From Octopus bimaculoides (taxonomy: Eukaryota): a stretch of 64,000 nt of DNA. The notes beneath the pieces were generated by a model. The model did no database searches. It worked only from the letters and a program-made list of their open reading frames with translations, and was not told the DNA's origin. The stretch covers positions 2,301,405 through 2,365,404 of the forward strand of contig NC_068991.1 of NCBI RefSeq assembly GCF_001194135.2, given 5' to 3'. Below, piece by piece: positions 13,245 to 27,084 of the stretch. The translations under genes and the position numbers were made by a program. Every line of letters begins with the position of its first letter. The first letter of the stretch is position 1.

Positions 13245-13612
13245 TTCAAATGACCATCTTTCGCCTTGATCACACAAAGGAGCGGTCACTGAGTTGCATG
13301 AGCGCAATACTTCATCTTCATCCAACTTGACCCATGAAGACAGAAGAACTTTCTTCAGATCTGACACGTTTAAATAGGAGCAAGCAGAAACATTACTCTA
13401 TATGATGAACCAGATGGCAAAGTCCATGATATTGATGTCTGGACTTGAGGCAGGCCATATTCTCTTGTTCCCGAAATCGCTGAGATGCTTTTTACAACAC
13501 CTGTGTGTCAAATTGAATTTGTTTGCCGGAACCCGGTCTTGAGTGAAGATGTAACGGTCACCAAAGGTTTCTGTGAACCAGTGTAATACTTTCTCATCCA
13601 ACATTTCTTTAT
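13245..13612 (-). mobile_element. Tc1/mariner-superfamily transposase C-terminal relic
   Basis: EKVLHWFTETFGDRYIFTQDRVPA...IWPASSPDINIMDFAIW...CVIKAKDGHL matches the QD.APAH, WP.SSPDLN.D and KA.GGH motifs. The 5' side is cut by a SINE. Confidence 0.85.
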
Positions 13613-14311
13613 TTATCGACCCGGAAAGGATGAAAGGCAAAATCGACCCCGGCGGAATCTGAACTTAGAACGTAACGGCAGACGAAATACCGCTAAGCAT
13701 TTCGCCCGGCGTGCTAACGTTTCTGCCAGCTCGTCACCTAAATTGTTTAATTCTTAAAATAATTTGGAAAACGAGTAGAAACCGGTATGTCAAGAAATAA
13801 ACAACTCATGGAAAAGCATCATTCTTATAACACGTGGAGACCAGAGTAACCAGGGGAGACCCTCACATGCTAATACATGCAGTGATAAATGATGTTAGTA
13901 GCTGCAATGAGTGGCAGCTTATATGATATCACATTATAGCTTCGTCATGTCAGTTCTTCAGGATTCAAAATATTTAAAATTTTATTAACAAGGGCACAAA
14001 TAGATGATGGAGTATTCCAGCTGTTGTGTCTACTGTATAAAACACACCATTAACAAAGCAGTATTCATCAACGTGCATTGCAGCCACTGTTAATATTTGC
14101 TATTGGCAAGGTGGCGAGCTGGCAGAATCGTTAGCACGCCTGGCAAAGCGGCATTTCGTCAGTCTTTACGTTCTGAGTTCAAATGCCACCGGGGTCGACG
14201 AAAGCTTGATGCAATTCTTCGTTGAACGTTTTTTATTTCTGAGATTTCCTTCTCTTAAATGGATTGTCTTCACTATGACTGGAGAGCACCGTAGGAACCT
14301 TTCAGCCCAAC

Positions 14312-14352
<41 letters not shown>

Positions 14353-15544
14353 GTATATACATCGTCAGGGGATAATATATCTGGAAAAAAAGCACACTCT
14401 AAAGCCGTGTTTCCCAACGTGGGGCACACGCCCCACAGGTGAGGCATGCGTAAGGTTATGTTGAGTTTATACCTTTCGTACACAATGTTTAGTATACCAA
14501 TAAAGGGGCAATTCGAGAATGAGTTATTAAAAAATTCTTTAAACCTCTTCTGTGGACAATTTTTAATTTATTTTGTGGACAATATTTCATTTATTCTATA
14601 AGACATTCAATACATCATTTCATTTTACTATATATACTATATATTCCACATTCTATATCCTACATTAATTTTATAAGAATATAAATAGAACATAAAAAAC
14701 AGAGTTGGAATTCTTTTGAATAATATATTCCTCTATACACTATCATAAAAAAACCCTTATATATATATATATGGTTCAAAATTATATATATATATTCGTA
14801 TTCATATTTATACACAAGTTTGTACACGCACACAAACGTGTGCGTGTTTGTGTGTGTGTGTTTGTGCGCGTGTGTAAACGTGCGTATATATAAATATATG
14901 CATATGTATTTTTACATATGCGTTTTATATATATGCACAGATGTGTATGCATATGTCCATTAATAAATTTGCTTTCCTGTACTAGGTGATGGTTAATAAA
15001 TCTCTTCAAATGTGATCTGGATTTAATCCGTATGTATATATTTCTATGCGATTAACTTTTGGATTAGAAATGCCACGAGACTGATAGAATGGAACTGCAG
15101 TTACATCGTTATTAAGTGTTGCAACAATACTGAAAATATCAGCCACTCTACATATTCTAATTCTATATTTAGAATCCTACCTTTCCGTACTTCGACACCA
15201 TGATAATAATGAGCTTTATAAACTCATTCTTCTATCATGATGATTCTTAATCGGTCAAAGAAAAAAGTTTATGGTATATTTATTGTCTTCACGAGAGAAC
15301 TATTATGGAGTAGAAATAAAGGGTTTCGCAAGACTGTTTGTTTTTGTTTCCTCCACAAAATGGTTACCTACAAAATATGCATAAATTTCTCAAAGTTTTT
15401 AAAAGGAATAATGTTAAAGCTAAGTGTTCTTATCTAAATAGTTTCTTTCTATATTTGATATCCTCGAAGACATACACTCATACACACCCTGTTTTAACAG
15501 TCAACATTTTATTGTGTCCACTCTTCTAACTATCCACTTATTGA

Positions 15545-15660
15545 ATTATGCTTCTCTGAGGCAGTCGTTTACAGAGCAATTGCAGATTATATGATCTCAA
15601 CAAAAATTGTACGGGACTCACTACATTTAAGAGCCGATATAACAAACAAATACATTACTT
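15545..15660 (+). mobile_element. Short degenerate Penelope-like GIY-YIG relic
   Basis: EAVVYRAIADY...CTGLTTFKSRYNK resembles the PLE VY.A......Y.GLT..FK.RY pattern. Confidence 0.35.
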
Positions 15661-16541
15661 TATGTTGAGGTGTAGAGAGCACTCAACTCCTCTCTTACAA
15701 TACATTTCGAAACTAAGAAATGGTGGAGCTAATCGTACCGCCATAACTTAGAATTTTATGGACAGACACCACGTATACTAACGAAATAAGACATTGTAGA
15801 TTATGATTGGCTGCAAATTTTTTCCAACTGCCAAGCGTTACCGATGAATAGGAGGTCCGGGATACTGTATATCTGCCGTCACTGGACACTATTCTTTTTA
15901 AGGGACTTCCGTGTGTCCGGAGAACCTATTGGATCTGCATGCTTATCAAATCTCGATGCAAAATCGATGAAGATTAGTCCCTCCTGGCACAAGCGGGTTA
16001 AACTTGAGCACTCTCTCATAGTTGCATCGACCAGCATAAGCATGAAGCCAATCTACAAGAGTTCGACACTATCCACCACCTGATCATCCCCCAAGTACCA
16101 AAATTAGACTCAACCGGTATCGCACGATGTTGCGTGATTGACCCCTGTTGCTGAAAAGCAACGGAATGCAGCGTCTCTACTGACTCCTAATAAATATTAA
16201 CATAATGTGTTGCGGATGTTTTCTTTCGTTTTTGAACAAAACCGCCATTGGTCTCTCGCGGTTTGGTAAAGGAGCGCTCACTCCCTTTTTCCTCTCAAAC
16301 TTCCGGCTTTGGAGGCCCCTATCGTAAATTTTTGTTAAATCTATTGAGTACAACTTTCCATCCTGTTCATTATTGGCATACGTGACACACATGCATACAC
16401 GCACACACACACACACACATGCGTGGGAAGACAGAAAGGAGAGAGAGATAGGTAGATAGGAGAAAGAGAGGGAGAGAGAGAGTGTGAGAGAGAAAGTGTG
16501 ACAGAGAGTGCGAGAGAGAGAGAGAGACAGAGTGAGTGAGT

Positions 16542-16624
<83 letters not shown>

Positions 16625-17327
16625 GCGAATGAGAGAAACAGATATAATGAAAGTGGGAAATAGCAAAAATGCGAGTGAAGGAGAGAGAAATGTTAAGAAC
16701 GAAGAAAGAATTATTTTACAGAAAGAGTTAAATGTGCATTGACGTAACTGTTAGCGCATTTAAGTGAGGTTTGGTGTTGAGGAGGGTGTGTGTGTGCGTG
16801 TGAGAGAAAGAGCGAGAGAGCGAGAGAGAGAGAGAGAGAAAGGAAGAAGGGGTAGGGGTTGGTAATTGGTAGTCTCAAAAATGGAATCTGTTTTGTTTCA
16901 TCCAAACTCATTACCGAGACTTCTTCTGTCAGAGACATCGCTATTCGAGGACCAAAGGTCTGGTTGTAGTCGTTGCAGTTCCATACAGTCATCAGAAGCG
17001 CGTTCAGGTTAGAGTGATGTGTGTGTGTGTATGTGTATATGTGTATGTGTGTGTGTGCGTTTGTGTTTTAGGACATTTTCTAAGTGTAGTTGCGTTGACC
17101 AGTTTTTCATATGTATGTATAGAAACGTATGGTTATATAACCTGTGTGCTTTCATACATTTGTATGCATGCGTTCATACATGTGCGCACACACGAATATA
17201 CACGCACGTAAGGTGTGTGTGAGCGTTTCATGTAGACGTTTTCTTGGGTAAGAATCTAAAATTTTATGTATGAGTGTGCATGTATGTATATACATACATA
17301 ATACATACATATACACACACAAATATA

Positions 17328-17373
<46 letters not shown>

Positions 17374-17948
17374 NNNNNNNNNNNNNNNNNNNNNNNNNNN
17401 NNNNNNNNNNNNNNNNNNNNNNNNNNNNNNNNNNNNNNNNNNNNNNNNNNNNNNNNNNNNNNNNNNNNNNNNNNNNNNNNNNNNNNNNNNNNNNNNNNNN
17501 NNNNNNNNNNNNNNNNNNNNNNNNNNNNNNNNNNNNNNNNNNNNNNNNNNNNNNNNNNNNNNNNNNNNNNNNNNNNNNNNNNNNNNNNNNNNNNNNNNNN
17601 NNNNNNNNNNNNNNNNNNNNNNNNNNNNNNNNNNNNNNNNNNNNNNNNNNNNNNNNNNNNNNNNNNNNNNNNNNNNNNNNNNNNNNNNNNNNNNNNNNNN
17701 NNACGCACTTGCACACAAACCGTATACAGATATACATGTGCATATACATACGTACAAGCACATATATATATTTTCACGTGGCTATATATGTGCATACATA
17801 TGCACCAACACACACACACACACACATAAATATAGTCATGTGCCTATACATATACATGCGTGCATATGGATATGTATACACACACACATACACATATACA
17901 CATATACGTAAATATATATATAGAGAGAGGCTTTCGGTGCGAATGGTA

Positions 17949-18018
<70 letters not shown>

Positions 18019-18979
18019 CACATGCATATATACACGTAAACATACGCGAATAAGCCTACCAAAAAATACGAAACTCAGACACAGAATTATCTTTTGCAAT
18101 GAAACAGAATTCCAGGTCAAATTCTAAACATTGTTCCTAGGAAACTTTTCACCTTTAGCACCTGGCTTTTACAAATTTAATTTACCAAAAATGGACAAAC
18201 ATTATTTCCATGGAACACATAAGAGACATGTTGCTTTATTCAAAAGTGAAGAGAAGAATTTAACGAAAAAAATGCTGAAAGTTCTTAGAATACTTTTAAA
18301 ATTTCGAAGTTTTGTGGTTTTAGAATTGGTTGTTATCGATGTTGTTGCTGTTTAGCTGATCAACCACACTCAGGTAGGTCTATGGTCAAAAGTATTCCAA
18401 CCGTGACCATACCGTCTCAATAAAGTGTGAAAGACAACAGTATTCAAAGTACTATCTCTTTCTTATTCAAGATAGTGGAGCGTGGGAAGATTTAGCTGCT
18501 ATTTCTAACAGACCAGGCGATCATTAAAGACCCCCCCTCTATTGGTTACTGTTGTCGTTGTTATTGTTGTTGTTGTTGTTATTATTTAACTTCAGATCAA
18601 CCAGGATCAAGCAAATCAATGGTGAAAGATATTACCACCGTGGCCATCACGTCTCATTAGGGTGTGTGTAGGACAACATAATCCAGCGAATCTTTTCATT
18701 AAGACAACTGGATGTGAGCCAGGAAGATTTGACTGCTATTTCTAACAGAACAAGTAACCATGTAGAGAGCCTTATATTGGTTATTGTTGTTGTTTAACGG
18801 CTCCATGGTTAGAGGGTCGGGCTCACAATCATGAGGTAGTGAGTTCGATTCTCGGACCGAGCTGTGTGTTGTGTTCTTGAGCAAGACTTTATTTCACGTT
18901 GCTCCAGTTCACTCTGCTGTAGAAATGAGTTGCGATGCCACTGGTGCCAAACTGTATCGGCCCCTTTGCCTTTCCTTTG

Positions 18980-19250
18980 GACGATCTCTTAGATAGCACT
19001 CGGCGACTGAGCGGGTCCGCCTATTGTCTGTGAAACCTGCGATATGTCTGGCCTAACGGAACTTGTGCTTTCGGTTCTCTGCGATTCCATCCTTCACTCC
19101 GCTCCGTTCCCGAATTCTCTTATTTCGAATATGCTCTCATAATTATATTCCTAGCATGGATCTTGCCATGGCCCTGTGCGTCGTCCTAGCAGCTAACTTG
19201 CGTAAGAGAGCTCAAGTAGGACGGAGCTACAACAGAATCTGGAAAATACA
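18980..19250 (-). mobile_element. RTE-clade LINE C-terminal fragment
   Basis: THRAMARSMLGI*L*EHIRNKRIRERSGVKD...KFR*ARHIAGFTDNRRT matches TQRAMERSMLG...IR.R.GV.D...KW.WAGHI.R..DNRWT. Confidence 0.85.
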
Positions 19251-19522
19251 AAAACTACAGAATCAGGACTTACGGAATTATTTCTAGACAGACATAACGA
19301 TTCTACCATTACGATTCTATGATTCATTGCCCCAAGCTTGACACGTAAAGCTTCACTATTTAAATAGTGGCATTTTCAACAAATAAAAATATCACATTGA
19401 TATTTCTTTTTTTCGCCGCATTTACGTATTTTCAGATATTACTTCACTCCGGATGTTATATGGTTTCGCTTTAGTCATCGAAGTTTCCTTTCTTTGTGCT
19501 TTTATTATTTTCAAGTTTACTA

Positions 19523-19574
<52 letters not shown>

Positions 19575-19695
19575 CATGCATACATACATATAGGCAATAA
19601 AGAAAGATCACAGATGCAAGTTATTTATATATAAATGTGTATACATGTTGATGGGTGTATATGTATACATATACGTACCTATGTAACTCTATGTA

Positions 19696-19771
<76 letters not shown>

Positions 19772-20477
19772 TATACATACATGTGTACATGTATAAACAG
19801 TCCAATCTATACGTAATCATATGATTATATCTGACAGATCGGGCTCAGACGTGTAGCGGAGTTGGTTTGGTTCTGCGGTTGAACGCCTTGTTTCGCAGTT
19901 ATGTGTTTTCGCTTCAATCCTACAGCGCAACACCTTGGACAAGTACTTATCTACTATAGCACCTGGCTAACTCATGCCTTGTGAATGAATGTAGTAGACG
20001 GAAACTGTATGGAAGCCCGTCGCTTATATTCGTGTGCGTGTGTATGCGTTTCTATTTATCCATCACACAACTTCATAACCGGCGTTGGTTTGCTTATGTT
20101 GCTGTGACTTAGTTTATGTTTTCGATCGTAGATGTTTGTAAAGTGAAGCTGACTTTAGTGAGATTTGAACTCGCAAAGTAAAGGTCTATAGCTAAAAACA
20201 ACAAGGCACTTTATCCCTTGCACAAACAACCAGAACGCAGCCGAGACAATGTGGCTTGACGATCATCACACTCCAGAATATTTATAAAGTCGACCTCGTT
20301 AGGGTTCGAACTCAGAAAGCACAAAGTTGGAATAAATACCGCAATAAATTCAATCCACCGTTCTTTAATTAATTAGTTTAACAACTAATTAGCCAGCCAG
20401 CCAAGCAACCAGCCAGCCAGCCGGCCAGTCGGTGAATCAATTCTGATGTAGTAAACTTAATAGGCAAATCTGTTGAA

Positions 20478-20686
20478 TATTGGTTTGAAATTTTGACACA
20501 AGGCCAGCAGTTTCGGAGGAGGGGATGAGTCAATTGCATCGACCCCAGTGCTCAACTGGAACCTAGGTTATCGACCCCAAATGATGAAAGGCAAATTCGA
20601 CCTTGGTGGTATTTGAACTCAGGACGGACGAAATACCGGCAGGTATTTTGCCTGGCGCTATAACGATTCTGCCAGCTCGCCGCCTT
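20478..20686 (-). mobile_element. SINE family B copy
   Basis: Collinear with 36745-36970. Confidence 0.85.
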
Positions 20687-20883
20687 CACTCCGCTTAATA
20701 TTATCATCTGGCTCTTGTGTGTCTTCAATGGAGTCCAGTTTGTTGCAAGCCTTCGGGACTGCATTTCCGGTCAGGGAACAGCTTCCGCCGTTTACGTCAA
20801 CAGCGATGGAAGCTGGAATGAGTCAGTAGTACTTCCCTTCGTCTTCTAACTAAACCATTAAAAAATACTGAGTCAGTTCACTG

Positions 20884-20920
<37 letters not shown>

Positions 20921-20980
20921 CTCAATAAAGTATTAAACCAGTTACTCAGCCATTAAAATAATGAATGAATCAATACTTAC

Positions 20981-21176
20981 TCTCCATGTGTAAGAGATAC
21001 TCGGTCCATTTCTTCGATAACCGTGTTCGATTCATTCTCAATGACCAATGTGATATTAACGTTTTGAATTAGACCGCCGTAGGAAAATTTACAGCTGGCC
21101 AACGAGTGAAGAAACAACGGACTTACAACGAGGACACTTTCATTAGGTTTTAGACGGTGAATAATGATGATGGGTT
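20981..21176 (-). CDS. Internal coding exon A (196 nt, phase 1 to phase 2) of a tandem-MAM-domain protein; middle of a divergent MAM domain
   Basis: Acceptor tttaatttattttccag|AACCC and donor GGAGA|gtaagt. Open frame (E)PIIIIHRLKPNESVLVVSPLFLHSLASCKFSYGGLIQNVNITLVIENESNTVIEEMDRVSLTHG resembles the MAM L-SP...C-F-Y segment and carries N-X-S/T sequons. End phase matches exon B. Confidence 0.75.
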
Positions 21177-21284
21177 CTGGAAAATAAATTAAAATAACAA
21201 ATGAATCAGGGAACCAAGACAAGGTTAATAGGATATTTTACTCTTCATGAATAATAGAAAAGAAAGAAAAGAAAAAGAAAAGAA

Positions 21285-21455
21285 TGCGTGGTCAATTTCA
21301 TAGGGATGTTGAAGATGAGGTAGACAGAGAAAAAAGATGGCTGGGCATGACTAAAAGTGATTTAAAACCGGAAGCGGAAGTTCTGATCTGTGCTGCCTAA
21401 GAGCAAGCACTAAGAACAAACTCCCAAAAAATACAGAATAGACAACACATTGCGT
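21285..21455 (+). mobile_element. Short R4-like LINE fragment (post-RT region)
   Basis: MRGQFHRDV...KRWLGMTKSDLKPEAEVLICAA*EQALRTN. Confidence 0.75.
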
Positions 21456-21508
21456 TACCTGCTATCTTGGATCTTCTGGATACTATGTTCCTCATACCTT
21501 TGCATATA

Positions 21509-21546
<38 letters not shown>

Positions 21547-21664
21547 TATATATATATAAAAATTAAGGTGCTCAGAAATCTGGATGTTTGTACATTTACA
21601 GATTTTTATTAATGTCACATATTAAATAAAGCGCTTTTCACCTAATCGTTTAGGATATATACAT

Positions 21665-21955
21665 CTGGAAATATAATATGTGACAATTATTCGGTAGCCA
21701 TGATAAAACTCCGAGTTTCGGATGTCGGAGCGGAAACCCACGCCGGTATCTCTTTAGTTATCGGGCCAGTTTTGTGATATGGAAAGATGGCTCATCTGGA
21801 AAAGCAGCTTAGACCCCGCCACATGCCTAAATTCATGGCATTTTTTTCGATGGCCCGATAACTGAAGAGATGCTGGCGTGAGTTTCCGCCCGCTACATCC
21901 GTAACTCGGAGTTTTATCATGGCTACCGAATAATTGTCAGATATTATATTTCCAG
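21665..21955. mobile_element. Foldback/MITE-like element with ~104-bp inverted arms
   Basis: 21665-21768 (CTGGAAATATAATATGTGACAATTATTCGGTAGCCATGATAAAACTCCGAG...TTATCGGGCCA) is the near-perfect reverse complement of 21851-21955. The spacer is about 82 bp and non-coding. Confidence 0.85.
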
Positions 21956-22022
21956 TAAAATTCCTATATTTACATAATATCAAGGTCTCTTTCCTTCTTT
22001 TGTTGTCTTGCCATTTCTATCA

Positions 22023-22055
<33 letters not shown>

Positions 22056-22570
22056 TATACACATACATACATACATACATACATGCTTTTGGTCGACCAG
22101 GGGCTATAACAGAAGACATTTGGCCTAGGTGGTGCAAGGTGGGACCGAACCCAGAACATCACGTGGTTGGGATACAAGCTTCTTAACCTCACAGCCACGC
22201 CTGCGCCTATGACTCTCTATTTGCTAAGAGATCAAGCACCATGTCCCACTAGCGGTGGTACTGGTAGTAGTATTAGTAAAGGTGGTAGTTGGTGGTTGTA
22301 ATTTCGCTTAGAGTGGTAGTGAAAGTAATTCTTAGTTTTTAATCTCAGATGTAGTGCTGTCAGTAATGGCCTACAGTGGTAGTGGCAGTGGTGGAGGCAG
22401 TGTACTGGCGATGACGTCATCCTCATCAAAGTAATTATATATTTATTAAATGAGTAACTCGGTCGTCATTACAATGTGGCTGGGACGTTTGCTTCATTCT
22501 CGTGTCAGACTCCTATGCTGAGGGTCGAATTACAGGGAGAGATGATTTATATATATATATATATATATAT

Positions 22571-23545
22571 NNNNNNNNNNNNNNNNNNNNNNNNNNNNNN
22601 NNNNNNNNNNNNNNNNNNNNNNNNNNNNNNNNNNNNNNNNNNNNNNNNNNNNNNNNNNNNNNNNNNNNNNNNNNNNNNNNNNNNNNNNNNNNNNNNNNNN
22701 NNNNNNNNNNNNNNNNNNNNNNNNNNNNNNNNNNNNNNNNNNNNNNNNNNNNNNNNNNNNNNNNNNNNNNNNNNNNNNNNNNNNNNNNNNNNNNNNNNNN
22801 NNNNNNNNNNNNNNNNNNNNNNNNNNNNNNNNNNNNNNNNNNNNNNNNNNNNNNNNNNNNNNNNNNNNNNNNNNNNNNNNNNNNNNNNNNNNNNNNNNNN
22901 NNNNNNNNNNNNNNNNNNNNNNNNNNNNNNNNNNNNNNNNNNNNNNNNNNNNNNNNNNNNNNNNNNNNNNNNNNNNNNNNNNNNNNNNNNNNNNNNNNNN
23001 NNNNNNNNNNNNNNNNNNNNNNNNNNNNNNNNNNNNNNNNNNNNNNNNNNNNNNNNNNNNNNNNNNNNNNNNNNNNNNNNNNNNNNNNNNNNNNNNNNNN
23101 NNNNNNNNNNNNNNNNNNNNNNNNNNNNNNNNNNNNNNNNNNNNNNNNNNNNNNNNNNNNNNNNNNNNNNNNNNNNNNNNNNNNNNNNNNNNNNNNNNNN
23201 NNNNNNNNNNNNNNNNNNNNNNNNNNNNNNNNNNNNNNNNNNNNNNNNNNNNNNNNNNNNNNNNNNNNNNNNNNNNNNNNNNNNNNNNNNNNNNNNNNNN
23301 NNNNNNNNNNNNNNNNNNNNNNNNNNNNNNNNNNNNNNNNNNNNNNNNNNNNNNNNNNNNNNNNNNNNNNNNNNNNNNNNNNNNNNNNNNNNNNNNNNNN
23401 NNNNNNNNNNNNNNNNNNNNNNNNNNNNNNNNNNNNNNNNNNNNNNNNNNNNNNNNNNNNNNNNNNNNNNNNNNNNNNNNNNNNNNNNNNNNNNNNNNNN
23501 NNNNNNNNNNNNNNNNNNNNNNNNNNNNNNNNNNNNNNNNNNNNN

Positions 23546-23546
<1 letters not shown>
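22571..23546. other. Largest of 17 assembly gaps (N runs, about 5.6 kb in total)
   Basis: Other gaps start near 2085, 3690, 6613, 9329, 11433, 12385, 17374, 26276, 27085, 32803, 36627, 41319, 43189, 50736, 52227 and 58959. Most abut (TA)n. Missing gene exons could lie inside them. Confidence 0.97.
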
Positions 23547-23586
<40 letters not shown>

Positions 23587-25215
23587 CATGGCATAATGTA
23601 TATAGTAATTTACAAGTAAATGTATATATATGAGCACGCACGTGCGTGCGTGTGTGTATGCCTATTTATGTATATTATATATTCGTACTTACATATACAT
23701 GCATACATTTGCGCATACACGCACATGCACACACAAAGGCACATACATTCACAAGCATACACACTTACATACACACACACATGCACACACAGACATATTT
23801 CGTCCTTCTATAAACCGAAACTATAAACCGAACTGTAGGTTCGAATTTCGTTTAGCAGCCAAGTGATTCCGGTTCGATTCCATTTCGAACCTCCTTCAGC
23901 TGGTGTCTGCTACCTAAGTGTCATGTTCGCTAAAGTCATGTGAGCGGAAGTGAGCAAAATAGTTGACATTAACACTGTTGCTAGCTATCCAACAGAATTT
24001 CTCTCCCTTTTTTTCAGCCCACTGGTGTCTCCCTTCACACTCTGCAACAAAAAGGAGACGCATCCATTATGTCGTTATGAAATTCAGATGTGCCAAAACT
24101 TTGAAACGATACAAGAATAGCAGACAAAAATTCCATCCACTATCTTCTCTTATCAAATATTTATTTAATTCCGGTTCAATCATCTTCAGTTTCTAAAGAC
24201 AGTCCCTCGCGGCTGCTGAAGTTGAATTGACACCTCGCACGGTCAGCTCTGTGTTGAGCCAAGCAAACATCTTTTCGTCAAACAACCAAACTACAGAACA
24301 AGATATGTTTCCTTCCTCAGAGTTTTACTGAATAAACTATTATGATAGAATCCCTTCTGTTTTATGTGTCACGTGTCAAATTAGAATTATACGAAAATAC
24401 AACAGTAAAACTTAAAAACAGTATTTTATCGAAGTAACAGAATTAAAATTACGGTTTCAATATTTTCACACATTCTAACACCCGGGAAAAAAATCCACAT
24501 TAAGCACGTAACTATTTTTAAATAAATAATATTTGCAAGTGTATTTATGTATAGTAATCTTTATATCCTACATAACGTGGATGTATTGTTATAAATCGGC
24601 GTTAGTACTGTGACATTCGACTTGAGAGAGTCTGTCATTGAAGCATTTAGTATTTAAAAGCATAGAAATATCGGTTGCAGACGAAAATTGTCCAGCACCG
24701 GCGGTGGAACTGATAAATCACTTAATTTCAGCGTGTTTGGGCTTCATCAGCAGCAATGGGCATCTGCTATCAGCGTATGTTGGCTAAACTTCGTTTCCAC
24801 TGATATAAAGAAACGAAAACAGGTCATGGTCTCGCAAATAGCTGGCAGGTTGGGTAAATACTAAATATCAGCGACGGAAGCAGTATTATTACCGAATATA
24901 TTCTGTACTTTTAAGTATAAAGTCTTTTAAGTATAAACGTCTCAAGACGAATACCACTGTATTACGGCGTTCTTATAATATATCCACGTTCATAAGGCAT
25001 ACAGATTGTTATTCGATACTAACACTACATCCCTCGCTATTATCTAATATTTATATATTTTTACGTTCCCGAAGTATTATATAAAACCTAGATATACATC
25101 AATTAAACTTCACACAAAAAAAAGCATATTTAGCACCCACGAAACGCAGTCTACCTCTGCTACTACGATTAACGGTGGGGCTCGGTTGGTGGTGATACCA
25201 CTGCTGCTGCTGCTG

Positions 25216-25270
<55 letters not shown>

Positions 25271-25287
25271 AACATAAACTTGAAGTA

Positions 25288-25325
<38 letters not shown>

Positions 25326-25889
25326 CATATAATATGTATCGTATATATAAAACTATATATGCATGCACGGATACAACCACATATATGCACTTGTATATGT
25401 GTGCAGCATGTGCTGGCATAGTTGATGTGATAACCACAATAACCTTAATTAATGGAGACGAGACACTTATAAATCGTGAAGAGGTTGTTAAATTCTTCAC
25501 TGAAGAGGATCGTTTATTTTTCACTCGAAATGGTCTTAAGTCTTCATTAATTCGGATTTTCTAAATCAAAGTCTGCTTGGCATGCATTCATACATTATGT
25601 CGTTGCTACTATTACAGCTGCTACTGCTACTGCTGCTGCTGCTGCTGCTGTTGTAGAGGCCTCTAATTATTGATGCACCACTCAGAACCTTTGTCTCCTA
25701 CCATACATTTGATACCCTCAAGTGTGTCTGTAAAATCATGTCACTCTTCATATTTCTTCTTGGTAAATTCGTCAAGTTCGAATTCCCTTTCATCTTTTCA
25801 GAGTCGATAGAATAAAATACAAACCACAAGCACAAGTGAAGTACTGTACTTGACTTGTACTTGGTAATATCGACCAACGCCTTTCCCTC

Positions 25890-25926
<37 letters not shown>

Positions 25927-27053
25927 CACAACAGGCTTCATTCAGTTTCCGTCTACCGAACCCGCTCACAAGGTCTATGTCGGTCTGAGGCTATAGTAGA
26001 AGACACTAGCTTAAGGTGCTACGTGGGACTGAACCTGGAACCATGTGGTCGGGAAGCAAACTTCTTATGACATAACCACGTCTGCATATGTATATATATA
26101 TATACATGCAAATACATACACACATATACACACATGCATACACACACATACACACGCACACACATACATATGAAATATTGTCATTTCCCATAGTCTGTAC
26201 ATTTTTTTACTTTCAAGAATGTCTTTGTGATCTGTTTTGTATTTTTCGTTAAATATAAAAAATCCATTTATTTATNNNNNNNNNNNNNNNNNNNNNNNNN
26301 NNNNNNNNNNNNNNNNNNNNNNNNNNNNNTATATATATATATATATAAATATATACATATGTATGTGTCCATACATACATACACACATACACACATACAT
26401 ACATGCAGGCATGCATGCATATATGCATACATACATACATGCATACAAACATTCATACACACATACATACATGCATAGATACATGCATGCATACATGCAT
26501 ACATACATACACACACACGTACATACATACACACATACATACACATACATACATACAAACATACATACATACATGCATACATATATACACACATACATCC
26601 TTACACATACATATATATACATATGTATATATATATATACATGCAAATACATACACACATATACACACATGCATACACACACATACACACGCACACACAT
26701 ACATATGAAATATTGTCATTTCCCATAGTCTGTACATTTTTTTACTTTCAAGAATGTCTTTGTGATCTGTTTTGTATTTTTCGTTAAATATAAAAAATCC
26801 ATTTATTTATGGATGGCTACATACATCTAGGATGTTTGCACACATTCTTACACTCACACACACACACATTTATATATGTATGTATGTATACATGCACACA
26901 CACGGATGTATGGATATATATATATACTTACACATACACATATATATTGACTATGTTGGCATGTTTTTATAAATGATTGTATGTATGTATGCACATATAT
27001 ATGTATATGTATATATATATATATTTATACATGCATATATATGTATATATATG

Positions 27054-27084
<31 letters not shown>

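Noticed and set aside
14400-14450. GTGTTTCCCAACGTGGGG resembling a hAT terminus
   Set aside because: No partner end or TSD found.
16860-17010. Complex island between microsatellites with a short ORF
   Set aside because: No convincing splice pair or recognisable domain on either strand.
19225-19290. Strong minus-strand acceptor gtagtttttgtattttccag
   Set aside because: All frames close quickly and the downstream sequence is an RTE relic.
20700-20845. SIAVDVNGGSCSLTGNAVPKAC looked like a MAM C-terminal alternative exon
   Set aside because: Phase 1 start is incompatible with exon A and there is no good donor. PKACNKLDSIEDTQ/SQMII fits an RTE endonuclease relic better.
24205-24295. VWLFDEKMFAWLNTELTVR as the missing MAM N-terminal exon
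   Set aside because: Poor donor (gtgtca), and it lacks the Cys and DHT hallmarks.
26085-26815. Direct duplication of about 190 bp around the gap at 26276
   Set aside because: Same gap-flank artefact pattern; 52160-52390 is a third case.
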